Assembly: GCA_015233495.1 (NCBI GenBank)
Contig: JADFXQ010000006.1
Coordinates: 1-59,858 of the forward strand
DNA length: 59,858 bases
Direction: 5' to 3'
Source of the DNA: Candidatus Omnitrophota bacterium
GTDB lineage: Bacteria > Omnitrophota > Gorgyraeia > Zapsychrales > Zapsychraceae
The position numbers and the translations under genes are program-made. The notes beneath the pieces were generated by a model. The model was not told where the DNA came from and did not search any database. It was given only the letters and a program-made list of their open reading frames with translations. This document shows, one piece after another, positions 19,804 through 29,505 of the stretch; the first letter of the stretch is position 1, and each line of letters starts with the position of its first letter.

Positions 19804-22800
19804 ACTCAGTTTGTTTTTTTTGTTCATATTGACTTTGTTTTTAAGCGCCGCGCTGACGTTTTTCTATATCCAAACCCGGGGTCATTTGCTGGACATCATA
19901 TTTTCCAATCTCAATGGCTTGGCGTCCTTAAAAGCGCAGCGGTTGAACGTTTTATTACAACAATATCAACAGGAAAGTTCGGCTCTGGCGCGGTCACCCT
20001 GGATTGTTCAACCGCTGAAAAATATGCAAGGCGCCGCGGCCGGTGACGAGGTTTTGAACGCCTTAAACGCTTCGTTGAGTCAAATTCAGCGATTGGATAA
20101 TGCCGCTTATGAAATTTTTATCTTGGACCCCCGGGGCAAGGTTATCGCTTCTTCTGATCTGACTCGCTTGGGCGCGGATAAATCGGACGACGCCTATTTT
20201 CTCGGCGCGCAAAACGGCCCTTATGTTAAGGATGTTTATCTTTCGCCCACCACCCGTAAATTCGGATTCGCGGTGTCATCGCCCATCCATGACCCGCAAA
20301 CCGGATCATGGCTGGGCGTGGTCGTGACCCGCTATACCCTGGAAGATATCAACATGATCCTGACGGAACACAGCGGTTTGGGCAGCACCGGAGAAACGTA
20401 TTTAGTGAACAAATACGGACGGATGATCACGGCCAGCCGGTTTTTAGACAATGCCTCATTGGAATTAAAAGTCGATACGGACAATTTGAAAAAAGCTTTT
20501 AGGGAGCATCGGGACCAACGGCTGGCTCCGGGGCAGGAAAAGACGCCGTTGATTTACGATGATTATCGCGGCCAACGGGTGATCGGAACGCATTATTATA
20601 TTCCGTCCATGGATTGGGTAGTGGTCGCGGAAATGGACACGGCGGAAGCGTTTTTGCCGTTGAAAAAAATCCAGATGGAATTTTGGTTTTTTCTCGGCCT
20701 GGTGCCGATCATCTCTTTATTGGTTGCCATGTATTTGGCGCGGCATATCAGCCGTCCGCTCAACCGTTTGCGGGAAGGCATTGTTGTCATTGCCGCCGGA
20801 GGCAGCAATCGGAAAGTTGCGGTCACGTCCCATGACGAACTTGGCGAAGTCGCGGTTGCTTTTAACCGCATGGCCGATGATTTGCAAACCTCAACGACCT
20901 CCATTGAGCGGCTCAACCAGGAAATCGCCGAACGGCAAAAAATTGAAGCGGGATTGAAAGACAGCGACGAGAAAATCCGGGTGCTCGCCTCAGCCGCGCA
21001 GGATGCGATGATCATGATGGACAACCGCGGCACGGTGATTTTTTGGAATCCGGCGGCGGAGAAAATCTTCGGGTACAGCGCCGCGGAAATTATCGGGCAA
21101 GCATTGCATAGTATTTTAGCGCCGCCGCGGTTTCAACCAGCTTCGCAAGCGGCCATGCCGGATTGGCAAAATACCGGGAAAGGCAATGCCGTTGGCAAGA
21201 CGCTGGAATTGGCGGCTATACGCAAAGACGGAGTTGAGATCCCGGTGGAGCTTTCGTTGTCTTCCGCGTTGTTAAATGGCGAGTGGCAGGCGGTCGGAGT
21301 CATGCGCGATATCACAAAACGGAAGAAAATTGAAGCGCAGATCAAAGCGCAAGGTGAGTTTTTGAATATGGCGATCAATTCGCTCACCCATCCGTTTTAT
21401 ATTATTGACGCGAACAATTATCATATTGTTTTGGCGAATGACGCGGCCGCGCGGGGCCAGCCGCTGGGGAATATGACGTGTCACAAACTTACGCATCACA
21501 GCGATCAGCCTTGCGGCGATGCGCATAGGTGTCCCTTGCGGGAAGTCAAGGAAAAGAAACGGTATGTCATTTGTGAGCATCAGCATTTTGACCCTGACGG
21601 AAATAAAAAATTTTATGAAGTGCACGGCTATCCCATTTTTGACCAAGACGGTAATGTCGCGCAGATGATCGAATATTCCCTCAATATAGATGACCGAAAG
21701 CAGGCTGAGGAAAAGATCCGTGCCGCCAATGAAGAGCTTCAGGCAGCTCTCAAAACTTCCGAATCTCTGCGCGAAGATTTGGAACAGGCGCGGAATAAAG
21801 CGGAAGCGGCTTCTAAGGCGAAGAGCGAGTTTTTGGCAAATATGAGCCATGAGATCCGGACTCCCATGAACGCGATTTTGGGGTTTGGCCAATTGCTGCA
21901 GCGCACCCCATTAGACGAACAACAAAAGAAATATATGTCATCGGTGCAGTCGAGCGGCGAGCTGTTGCTGCGGGTCATCGACGACATTTTGAACTTTTCC
22001 AAATATGAATCCGGGACAGTGACCTTAGAGAATATCGATTTTGACATCCGTTATTTGATCAATGATGTCTTTAAAATGATTTTGCCCAAATTGTCCGGGA
22101 AAAATATCGATACCTATATTGATATTCCGAAGGACTTTCCGCAATATCTTAAAGGCGACCCGACGCGGATTCGGCAGATATTCGTTAATTTATTGAACAA
22201 TGCGGTTAAGTTTACAGCAACAGGAAGTATCGGCATTATCGCCCAGGTTGAACAGCCGGCGGACTTAAGCGGGAAAGTGACTCTGCGTTTCCGCGTGAAA
22301 GACACGGGCATCGGGATCCCGGAAGATAAAATGGGAAATATTTTCAACGCCTTCGAACAAGCAGACACGTCGACAACCCGCAAATACGGGGGCACGGGTC
22401 TGGGCCTGGCGATTTGCGCTTCCCTGGTCAAATTGATGGGCGGCAAAGTCTGGGTAGAATCTCAGCAGGGCCAAGGGAGTGATTTTATTATTGTGGCGCC
22501 GTTCGCCTTGGCAGACCCTGCGTTTCAGGCGGACATTGTGCCCATTGCCACGGAAAAATTACGCGGGAAAAAGACCATGATCGTAGATGATAATGATCTG
22601 GCCCGGCAAATTACGGAGCGCTATTGTTTAGACGCGGGGATCGAAGTATTAGCCATCGCCAATGGATCGTCGACCGCGTTAGATCAAGTCCGGAGTTTAA
22701 TGGTCGCAGGCAACAAACCCGATTTGATTCTTATGGATATTATGATGCCGCAGATGGACGGTTATCACCTGGCCCGGGAAATCAAAGCCCTGGAGGGGGG

Positions 22801-23359
22801 CGGGGACATCAAACTGATCGCGTTAACTTCGGACGTGATGTCCGGGACCGCGGAAAAATCCCAGGAATACGGTTTTGACGGGTATTTGCCCAAGCCAATT
22901 TTGGAGCCGGAACTGTTGCAAGTAATTGCCGCAGTGCTCGGCGATAAACGGGCCGCCGGCCCGATCGTGACGCGTCATACGGCCGCGGAATTAACATTCC
23001 TACGGAAAAAAATTTTGGCCGCGGAAGACAATCCCGCCAACCAGTTTTTGCTCGAGAATTATTTTGAGATTTTACAATGCGACTGCGATTTCGCCTCTAC
23101 GGGCCGCGCCGCGATCGAAAAGCTCAAACACAATCGGTATGACCTGTGTTTGATGGACGTGCATATGCCGGACATCGACGGCCTGGAGGCGGCGCGGATC
23201 ATCCGCCAGGAATTAAAAAATAAAATTCCGATCATCGCGGTCACCGCGGACGTGTTCAAAAACAGCATTGACCAATGCCTCGAGGCAGGAATGGACGATT
23301 TTGTGGGCAAGCCGATCATTCTTGACCAACTGCGGGAAAAGATTCTGAAATACGCGTAA
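19787..23359 (+). CDS. hybrid sensor histidine kinase (Cache-HAMP-PAS-PAS-HisKA-HATPase-REC-REC)
   Basis: FLANMSHEIRTPMN H-box, NAVKFT, DTGIGI, GGTGLGL, two receivers (DIMMP, DVHMP). Confidence 0.93.
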   Translation: MKISAKLSLFFLFILTLFLSAALTFFYIQTRGHLLDIIFSNLNGLASLKAQRLNVLLQQYQQESSALARSPWIVQPLKNMQGAAAGDEVLNALNASLSQIQRLDNAAYEIFILDPRGKVIASSDLTRLGADKSDDAYFLGAQNGPYVKDVYLSPTTRKFGFAVSSPIHDPQTGSWLGVVVTRYTLEDINMILTEHSGLGSTGETYLVNKYGRMITASRFLDNASLELKVDTDNLKKAFREHRDQRLAPGQEKTPLIYDDYRGQRVIGTHYYIPSMDWVVVAEMDTAEAFLPLKKIQMEFWFFLGLVPIISLLVAMYLARHISRPLNRLREGIVVIAAGGSNRKVAVTSHDELGEVAVAFNRMADDLQTSTTSIERLNQEIAERQKIEAGLKDSDEKIRVLASAAQDAMIMMDNRGTVIFWNPAAEKIFGYSAAEIIGQALHSILAPPRFQPASQAAMPDWQNTGKGNAVGKTLELAAIRKDGVEIPVELSLSSALLNGEWQAVGVMRDITKRKKIEAQIKAQGEFLNMAINSLTHPFYIIDANNYHIVLANDAAARGQPLGNMTCHKLTHHSDQPCGDAHRCPLREVKEKKRYVICEHQHFDPDGNKKFYEVHGYPIFDQDGNVAQMIEYSLNIDDRKQAEEKIRAANEELQAALKTSESLREDLEQARNKAEAASKAKSEFLANMSHEIRTPMNAILGFGQLLQRTPLDEQQKKYMSSVQSSGELLLRVIDDILNFSKYESGTVTLENIDFDIRYLINDVFKMILPKLSGKNIDTYIDIPKDFPQYLKGDPTRIRQIFVNLLNNAVKFTATGSIGIIAQVEQPADLSGKVTLRFRVKDTGIGIPEDKMGNIFNAFEQADTSTTRKYGGTGLGLAICASLVKLMGGKVWVESQQGQGSDFIIVAPFALADPAFQADIVPIATEKLRGKKTMIVDDNDLARQITERYCLDAGIEVLAIANGSSTALDQVRSLMVAGNKPDLILMDIMMPQMDGYHLAREIKALEGGGDIKLIALTSDVMSGTAEKSQEYGFDGYLPKPILEPELLQVIAAVLGDKRAAGPIVTRHTAAELTFLRKKILAAEDNPANQFLLENYFEILQCDCDFASTGRAAIEKLKHNRYDLCLMDVHMPDIDGLEAARIIRQELKNKIPIIAVTADVFKNSIDQCLEAGMDDFVGKPIILDQLREKILKYA

Positions 23360-23416
23360 ATTAGTTAACGCAGTGGATTATCATTTTGGCGTTACACTTG
23401 GTTTCCGTAGGGATTG

Positions 23417-23425
23417 TGCTATAAT
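23417..23425 (+). promoter_or_regulatory. extended -10 promoter
   Basis: TG-C-TATAAT. Confidence 0.55.
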
Positions 23426-23438
23426 AAACAACAAATAA

Positions 23439-23548
23439 CTCCTCTTTGGAGTTTTGAATGGGCTAGAAAGGGCCAAAGAAAATTTTTTTTGCCACGCCTG
23501 CCGGCAGGTTTACGGCGAGCTTTCTTACCCATTCAAAACTAGAAGGAG
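23439..23548. repeat. MITE-like long inverted repeat in the permease leader
   Basis: agttttgaatggg (23450-23462) / cccattcaaaact (23528-23540) perfect; agaaag/ctttct inner pair; ctcct/aggag outer pair; central palindrome cctgccggcagg (23497-23508). Confidence 0.7.
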
Positions 23549-23572
23549 CATTTGAAACCGATATGAAAAAGA

Positions 23573-24529
23573 ATGGATATGCTGAAGCCGGTGATCGATG
23601 CTTTGGTTTACAACGGAATGGGAATGTCCCGCGGGGACATTTTGTTTGAAGCCGTTGATTTTTTTATTTATGATACGGTCAAGATTTTTTTGCTTCTGAC
23701 CGTGATCATTTTCGTGATTTCGCTGATCCGGTCATTTTTCCCGCCGGAAAAAATCCGGGACATCCTGGGGAGAAAACAGACTTATATCGGGAATATTCTT
23801 GCCGCGCTGTTGGGGATCGTGACGCCGTTTTGTTCGTGCAGTGCGGTGCCGCTGTTTTTGGGATTTATTGAGGCGGGCGTGCCGCTGGGCGTGACGTTTT
23901 CCTTTCTCGTGGCTTCGCCGATGATCAATGAGGTGGCCTTGGTCATGTTGTGGGGCCTGTTTGGCTGGAAGGTGGCGTTGATTTATATTGCCAGCGGGCT
24001 GATGATCGCGGTTTTGTCCGGCCTCGTGATCGGAAAGTTAAAGGTCGAAGATTTGGTGGAGCGGCTGGAATTGAAGCAGGCGTGCGGGTGCGGAGGGCAG
24101 TCCAATCCGGATTGGCGGCAAAGGTTTTCTTACGCCCGAGATTATACGGCGGAGATTTTGAAAAAAATTTGGATTTATGTGGTGATCGGCATCGGCGTCG
24201 GCGCGTGGATCCACGGATATGTCCCGGCAGATCTGTTGGCAAAATACGCCGGAAAAGACAATTGGCTGGCTGTGCCGTTTGCCGTTCTGGTCGGTATTCC
24301 GCTCTATTCCAACGCGGCCGGCGTGATTCCCTTGGTCAGCGCGCTCACCGAAAAAGGCGTAGCCATGGGAACGGCGCTGGCGTTCATGATGGCCGTGACC
24401 GGATTGTCCCTGCCGGAATTTATTATTCTGCGGCGGGTCATGAAGTTAAAACTCCTGTTGATTTTCGCGTCCGTCGTCGGTATCGGGATTGTTTTGACCG
24501 GTTATTTGTTCAATTGCATTTTACGTTAA
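23573..24529 (+). CDS. ArsP/UPF0718-family permease
   Basis: TPFCSCSAVP, ASPMINE, GLSLPE motifs. Confidence 0.88.
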   Translation: MDMLKPVIDALVYNGMGMSRGDILFEAVDFFIYDTVKIFLLLTVIIFVISLIRSFFPPEKIRDILGRKQTYIGNILAALLGIVTPFCSCSAVPLFLGFIEAGVPLGVTFSFLVASPMINEVALVMLWGLFGWKVALIYIASGLMIAVLSGLVIGKLKVEDLVERLELKQACGCGGQSNPDWRQRFSYARDYTAEILKKIWIYVVIGIGVGAWIHGYVPADLLAKYAGKDNWLAVPFAVLVGIPLYSNAAGVIPLVSALTEKGVAMGTALAFMMAVTGLSLPEFIILRRVMKLKLLLIFASVVGIGIVLTGYLFNCILR

Positions 24530-24539
24530 GGAGAACCAT

Positions 24540-25052
24540 ATGAAAGGCAAGCTTTCGCAATGGATTATGGTTTGGCTGCTCCCTTTGATCGTTATCGGCG
24601 GGTTGTTTGTGCCGCTGTTGGGTTATTTGGTCATCGGCATGATGCTTTTTTTGCTGGTACTTTCGTATTTTAAACCGCGGTATTGGTGCGGCAATTTTTG
24701 TCCGCGGGGCTCGTTTTTGGATTTGGGGCTTTCCCGGTTCAGCGCCAAGCGCCCGTATCCAAAAATTTTTTCGCGGCCGTGGTTCCGTTGGCTCGTGTTA
24801 ACGATTTTAATGTCTTTTCTATCCTGGCGTCTGTACCTCACCGGCGGATCACCGACCAAAATCGGCTTGGTATTTGTCATTATGTGCTTAATCACGACGA
24901 TCATCGCCATTGTATTGGGCATCTTCACCAAACACCGCGCCTGGTGCGTGATCTGCCCCATGGGCTTACTGCAGGAACAAATCGGCAAGTGCCGCCAAAC
25001 ATCCGCGCCGCTTGATATCGCGGCGGCGGACCGAAGTGCGGCGGTAAAATAA
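24540..25052 (+). CDS. membrane 4Fe-4S-binding protein (NapH/MauN-like)
   Basis: Four TM helices; WCGNFCPRG and WCVICPMG CxxxCP motifs. Confidence 0.8.
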   Translation: MKGKLSQWIMVWLLPLIVIGGLFVPLLGYLVIGMMLFLLVLSYFKPRYWCGNFCPRGSFLDLGLSRFSAKRPYPKIFSRPWFRWLVLTILMSFLSWRLYLTGGSPTKIGLVFVIMCLITTIIAIVLGIFTKHRAWCVICPMGLLQEQIGKCRQTSAPLDIAAADRSAAVK

Positions 25053-25244
25053 TTAATGGCGGTCGCGAATTGTCTACAGGGGAGGGTTGGGGATGAAATT
25101 ATTATTGGCTGTCGCTAATTTTTTTTTGCGGTCGTTATAGACGACGAACAAAAATATTCGCTTGCGTCTGACGCGGGTCGGGGTATAAACTACACTTCTA
25201 GGTGCTTAGTGAAAAAAACCTAAGAATTTTTCGGGAAAAAAACT

Positions 25245-25811
25245 ATGGCCGAGCAATTTGACCCGCAAATGATCGTGACTGCCCTGACCAACTGCGTCCA
25301 GGACGCTTTTGAAAAAAAGGGCAATGTCACTTTTTCCAAAGAAGCGGAGAACAAAGAACGAACCATTATTGAGTATAATAGCCGGATGCGGGTTTTTGGT
25401 TTGGAAAAATTCGGCGTGCCGTGTTATATCGCGGTTGTCAATTTTTATCTTAACCAGCAGGCCGCAGACGGGAAAGACACGTGCGGCACGCTGGTGCTTT
25501 ATTTAGAAGAAGAAATTGTCCCGAATCTCGCCCGCGCTTTCGGCCAGAAGGGGCCGGATTTGGAAGACCCGGAAATTTTGCTGGAGGCCTGCGGCGAAAT
25601 GGCCAAGGCGATTACCGGTCAGTTTAAAGAAGAGCTGCGCGCCTTTGGATACAAGGATTTAATCGCGTCCGCGCCGCAAAAATTTAAAACCGATATCGCG
25701 GACGGAGTAGAGTTTCCTTACAGCGAGCGGAAATATCACGAAATCAGTTTTTTTATCCAGAAAATGAAAAAAATTGTAGCGGTTATCTGCTTAGCCTCGC
25801 CGCGCGCTTAA
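25245..25811 (+). CDS. CheX-like hypothetical protein
   Basis: EACGEMAKAITGQFK resembles the CheX ExxN helix but with Asn replaced; promoter-like TTGCGT-N16-TATAAA at 25162-25189. Confidence 0.55.
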   Translation: MAEQFDPQMIVTALTNCVQDAFEKKGNVTFSKEAENKERTIIEYNSRMRVFGLEKFGVPCYIAVVNFYLNQQAADGKDTCGTLVLYLEEEIVPNLARAFGQKGPDLEDPEILLEACGEMAKAITGQFKEELRAFGYKDLIASAPQKFKTDIADGVEFPYSERKYHEISFFIQKMKKIVAVICLASPRA

Positions 25812-25934
25812 TCAGGCCTTTCATTACCGCAGTGTTTGCGCGAAAACGATCGATGCATCGGCCCTCTGTTTATCGGCTTAGTCATTAGTGCTGGTCATTA
25901 ATTATAATAATTACTATCGCCATGGGAGATAACT

Positions 25935-26528
25935 ATGCGCGTGCGCGAGAGCGGAATGATGGCCCCTGAGACATGGGAAAATTTATTCGATACGCAGAAA
26001 ATTTTTGCCACGCTTAAGCTCAATCACCGGGTGGAGAATGTCGTCGAGCTCGGTTGCGGGTACGGGACGTTTACCATTCCGGCGGCCCAGATCATCAGCG
26101 GGAAAATCACGGCCTTGGACAGCAACCCGCAAATGATCCAGTTGACTGCCAAACGGGCCAAACTGCAAAAATGCGATAATGTGACAACCATTCAAAAAGA
26201 TTTTATCACAACCGGGTCGGGCGAGAAAAATCGCAGTATGGATTATGTAATGATTTTTAATGTCTTGGATTCGGTCAACCAAAACAATTTGCTGATTGAG
26301 GCGAAGCGGGTCTTGAAAAAATGGGGAAGGGTCGCTTTGCTCCAATGGCAATGCGATCCGGATACGCCCGGAGGACCTGACCTGACCATTCGCCCGGCCC
26401 CGGAGCAATGCATTGAATGGGCGCGGCAGGTTGGATTAAAGTTGTTGGAACGGCAGGATTTCCAACCCTATCATTACGGCCTGTTGTTTGAAAAAGGCGA
26501 CACGTTCGACAAAGGCGTCACGCATTGA
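25935..26528 (+). CDS. class I SAM-dependent methyltransferase
   Basis: VVELGCGYG motif I; RVLKKWG. Confidence 0.85.
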   Translation: MRVRESGMMAPETWENLFDTQKIFATLKLNHRVENVVELGCGYGTFTIPAAQIISGKITALDSNPQMIQLTAKRAKLQKCDNVTTIQKDFITTGSGEKNRSMDYVMIFNVLDSVNQNNLLIEAKRVLKKWGRVALLQWQCDPDTPGGPDLTIRPAPEQCIEWARQVGLKLLERQDFQPYHYGLLFEKGDTFDKGVTH

Positions 26529-26550
26529 GGCTTCCTTTTTATGGCGGAAA

Positions 26551-26559
26551 TGCTATAAT
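26551..26559 (+). promoter_or_regulatory. extended -10 promoter, leaderless arrangement
   Basis: TG-C-TATAAT followed 7 nt later by ATG 26567 with no SD. Confidence 0.5.
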
Positions 26560-26566
26560 TGCGACA

Positions 26567-28567
26567 ATGCCTGAAAACAAACCATCCCTTCAGCGGCAAT
26601 TGCTTGGATTTTTTTTCCGGGTACTCACGCCTTTTAAAAAATGGTTAGATGTTCCGGCTTTCACGCGGCCGAATATTTTTCTTGCGGTTAATTTTCTCGG
26701 TATCATTCTTCTGTTCGCCTACGCTGCTGCCTTCCGGGTGTTTGAAAATAATGAGCTGGATACCTTGGACTGGCGGTTTCGCTTGCGGCCTTTGATTTCC
26801 ACGACGGATAAAATCGTCATTATTGAAATCGCGGACGATACTATCGCGAAACTGGGCCGGTTTCCGTTTGACCGCAAATATCATGCTTTGCTGATCAACG
26901 TGTTGTCGCAATCCGGGGCCAAGGCGGTTCTGTTCGATATTTTTTTCTCCGAGCCGAGTCCCAGCGACGGTGATTTGGCAGAGGCGATTAAAAATGCCGG
27001 CAATGTGTATTTGCCGTATGTTTTTGATTTGGAAACGGCGGCTAAACAAAAAATACCCTTGGCCCGCGGTTATGTGGCGCGGAGTGTGGACGCCCTCACT
27101 CAAAACGCGAAAGGCGTTGGGCATATCAACATTATCCCGGATACCGACGGTAAATACCGGCGTGTGCCGTTGTTGGTTTCCTATAACGGGCAATCGCATC
27201 CATATCTTTCCCTGCGCTTGGCCGCGGATTTTTTGGGCGTTTCCCCGGCCGATATAAAAATCGAACCGGGCCGTTATGTCCAAGTCGGAAACCAGACCCG
27301 CGTTCCCTTGGACGCGAATTCCAACGCGATCATCAATTACGCCGGGCCGTGGGGGAAATATTACCGGCATTATTCGTTTGTGGATGTCCTGCGGTCTTAT
27401 GTTTCGGTGAAGGCAGGAGAGAAGCCGTTTTTGGATCTGAAAATATTCAAAGATAAAATTTGTTTAGTCGGATTGACCGCGACCGGCACGGCTGACCTGC
27501 ACCCCAACGCGTTTGCTTCCTTATATCCGGCGCTGGGAACGCACGCGGACCTCGTCAATTCCATTCTGAAACAACACTATATTGTCCGGGCAACGTCCAA
27601 GTTCAACGCAGTCTTAGTATTCATTCTCGGTCTTTTGATCGCCTGGGGCGCTTTATTAGGGAAGCCGCTCAAGGGATTTATTTTTTTCGCGGCCGCGGCG
27701 GCCGCCTATATTGTGTTAGCTATCCTGTTATTCATCATGTTTGGATTGTGGGTTGATCTGTTTGTCCCGCTCTATGCCTTACTGGCCATTTATTTTATCA
27801 GCACTCTCATAGTCTCGATCAGCGCTTGGAAAAAAAGCCTGATCATTGACAATGAACTGAAGATCGCGAAAAATATTCAGGAAAGTTTTTTGCCAAAATC
27901 CATACCCGCGGCCGCCGGCCTCGACGTAGCCGCAGTCATGCATACAGCTCGGCAGGTGGGCGGCGACCTGTATGATTTTTACGAATTCACGCCCGGCTTG
28001 ACAGGTATCATGATCGGCGACGTGTCCGGCAAAGGTATGCCGGCGAGTTTGTTCATGACCACGGTTTCCGGTTCGTTCAAATTTTTCGCCAAGCCTGATG
28101 CCAAGCCGGAAGAGACCCTGCACAATTTGAATGTGAAATTGCAAAAGGAAAGCGCGACCAAGTTGTTTGTGACCATTTTTTATGCCATATTCGATATGGA
28201 CCAACAAGTGATGGCCTATTCCAACGGCGGACATTTGCCGGTATTATATTTAGCGAAAAACACTGTGGTGAATTTTTTAGATGTGGAGGAGGGTTTTCCC
28301 TTAGGCGTGGTCGAAGGGTCGTACGGCAGTGGTCAGACCACTTTCGTGTTCGGGGATATTTTTGTTTTTTATACGGACGGGATTACGGAAGCCAAACACC
28401 CAAGGTTAGGCATGTACGGCAAAGAGCGGTTAGTTGCGGTGGTGAAGAAAAACCGCAGTGCCTCAGCGCAGGTCATTTTGTCCGCCATTGAAAAAGACGT
28501 GCGGCAATTCGAGCCAAAGCATAAACAATCCGACGACATTACGTTGATTGTGGTGAAAATCAAATAA
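26567..28567 (+). CDS. CHASE2 sensor fused to PP2C/SpoIIE phosphatase (RsbU-like)
   Basis: GRFPFDR, DIFFSEP CHASE2 motifs; 3 TM; VGGDLYD, GDVSGKG, YTDGITE, DDIT. Confidence 0.9.
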   Translation: MPENKPSLQRQLLGFFFRVLTPFKKWLDVPAFTRPNIFLAVNFLGIILLFAYAAAFRVFENNELDTLDWRFRLRPLISTTDKIVIIEIADDTIAKLGRFPFDRKYHALLINVLSQSGAKAVLFDIFFSEPSPSDGDLAEAIKNAGNVYLPYVFDLETAAKQKIPLARGYVARSVDALTQNAKGVGHINIIPDTDGKYRRVPLLVSYNGQSHPYLSLRLAADFLGVSPADIKIEPGRYVQVGNQTRVPLDANSNAIINYAGPWGKYYRHYSFVDVLRSYVSVKAGEKPFLDLKIFKDKICLVGLTATGTADLHPNAFASLYPALGTHADLVNSILKQHYIVRATSKFNAVLVFILGLLIAWGALLGKPLKGFIFFAAAAAAYIVLAILLFIMFGLWVDLFVPLYALLAIYFISTLIVSISAWKKSLIIDNELKIAKNIQESFLPKSIPAAAGLDVAAVMHTARQVGGDLYDFYEFTPGLTGIMIGDVSGKGMPASLFMTTVSGSFKFFAKPDAKPEETLHNLNVKLQKESATKLFVTIFYAIFDMDQQVMAYSNGGHLPVLYLAKNTVVNFLDVEEGFPLGVVEGSYGSGQTTFVFGDIFVFYTDGITEAKHPRLGMYGKERLVAVVKKNRSASAQVILSAIEKDVRQFEPKHKQSDDITLIVVKIK

Positions 28568-28698
28568 ACGATATTTCGCCGCGTGATTCCCAGAATAGGC
28601 TTGCGCTTCGCTCTTACCGCGGCAACGATTTTGTTTTACCGTTCTGGTTATTTTTGGTAGGATGAAATAAAATTTTTCGAACCAGCGCATTGATTTTT

Positions 28699-29106
28699 AT
28701 GCTAATATCCGAAAGTCTTCCTTCTGACTTAGGGCGCGTTGAAGCTTTTATCTCCGCGGCCATGGCAAAACTCAGCCCGGAGCTGCCAGATCCCAGCTTC
28801 GGGTTTCAGATCAAATTGGCTTTGCATGAGGCGTTAGTCAACGCAGTAAGGCATGGCAATCAGATGAACCCGCAATTGGCTGTTCGGGTGGATATTGCGT
28901 TGGAACCGGGGAAATTAGCCATAACAGTCACAGACCAGGGCCGGGGATTTGACGCGCGTCAGGTGCCGGTTCCGACTTGCGTTGAGCATTTGGAAAAATT
29001 AAGCGGCCGGGGAATATTTCTGATCCGAAAAATCATGGATCAAGCGGAATTTTTGGACCAAGGCCGGACTATAAAAATGGTGAAATATTTTCGGGGTCAG
29101 TCGTAG
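28699..29106 (+). CDS. RsbW-like anti-sigma factor kinase
   Basis: LALHEALVNAVRHG, DQGRGF, SGRGIFL. Confidence 0.88.
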   Translation: MLISESLPSDLGRVEAFISAAMAKLSPELPDPSFGFQIKLALHEALVNAVRHGNQMNPQLAVRVDIALEPGKLAITVTDQGRGFDARQVPVPTCVEHLEKLSGRGIFLIRKIMDQAEFLDQGRTIKMVKYFRGQS

Positions 29107-29139
29107 TTCCCCGGGTCAGTTTTATTAAAGGAGGGGGAA

Positions 29140-29472
29140 GTGAAAATTCAGGCGGAAACTCAAGGCGCGGTCAAAATCGTCAATTTAGCAGGCGAGCTGA
29201 ATGTCGATGATTCGATTCAGCTGCGCGAGGCTTTTTTAAAACTGCTGAAAGAAGGGGCGACCAAAGTCATGGTTGATTTTGAAAAGGTCAGTTTTGTCGG
29301 CAGTGCCGGGTTGGCGACTTTGATTGAAATGATGCAATTGCTCAAAAAAGCGGGCGGTAAACTTGTCTGCTGCCAGATCAATAATGATATCCGGGGGTTG
29401 TTTGAAATAACCAAGATTCATAAATTGATTCCGATTTATGAAAACCGCGCTATGGCTTTGCGGGAGTTTTAA
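29140..29472 (+). CDS. RsbV-like STAS anti-anti-sigma factor
   Basis: VSFVGSAGL with phospho-acceptor Ser; GGAG RBS with GTG start. Confidence 0.88.
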   Translation: MKIQAETQGAVKIVNLAGELNVDDSIQLREAFLKLLKEGATKVMVDFEKVSFVGSAGLATLIEMMQLLKKAGGKLVCCQINNDIRGLFEITKIHKLIPIYENRAMALREF

Positions 29473-29505
29473 ATTATAAAAAGAGAACGGAAGCGGAGGC
29501 GGATC

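Noticed and set aside
23439-23548. Possible riboswitch
   Set aside because: No recognisable aptamer consensus (fluoride, c-di-GMP, SAM, TPP, cobalamin); kept only as an inverted repeat
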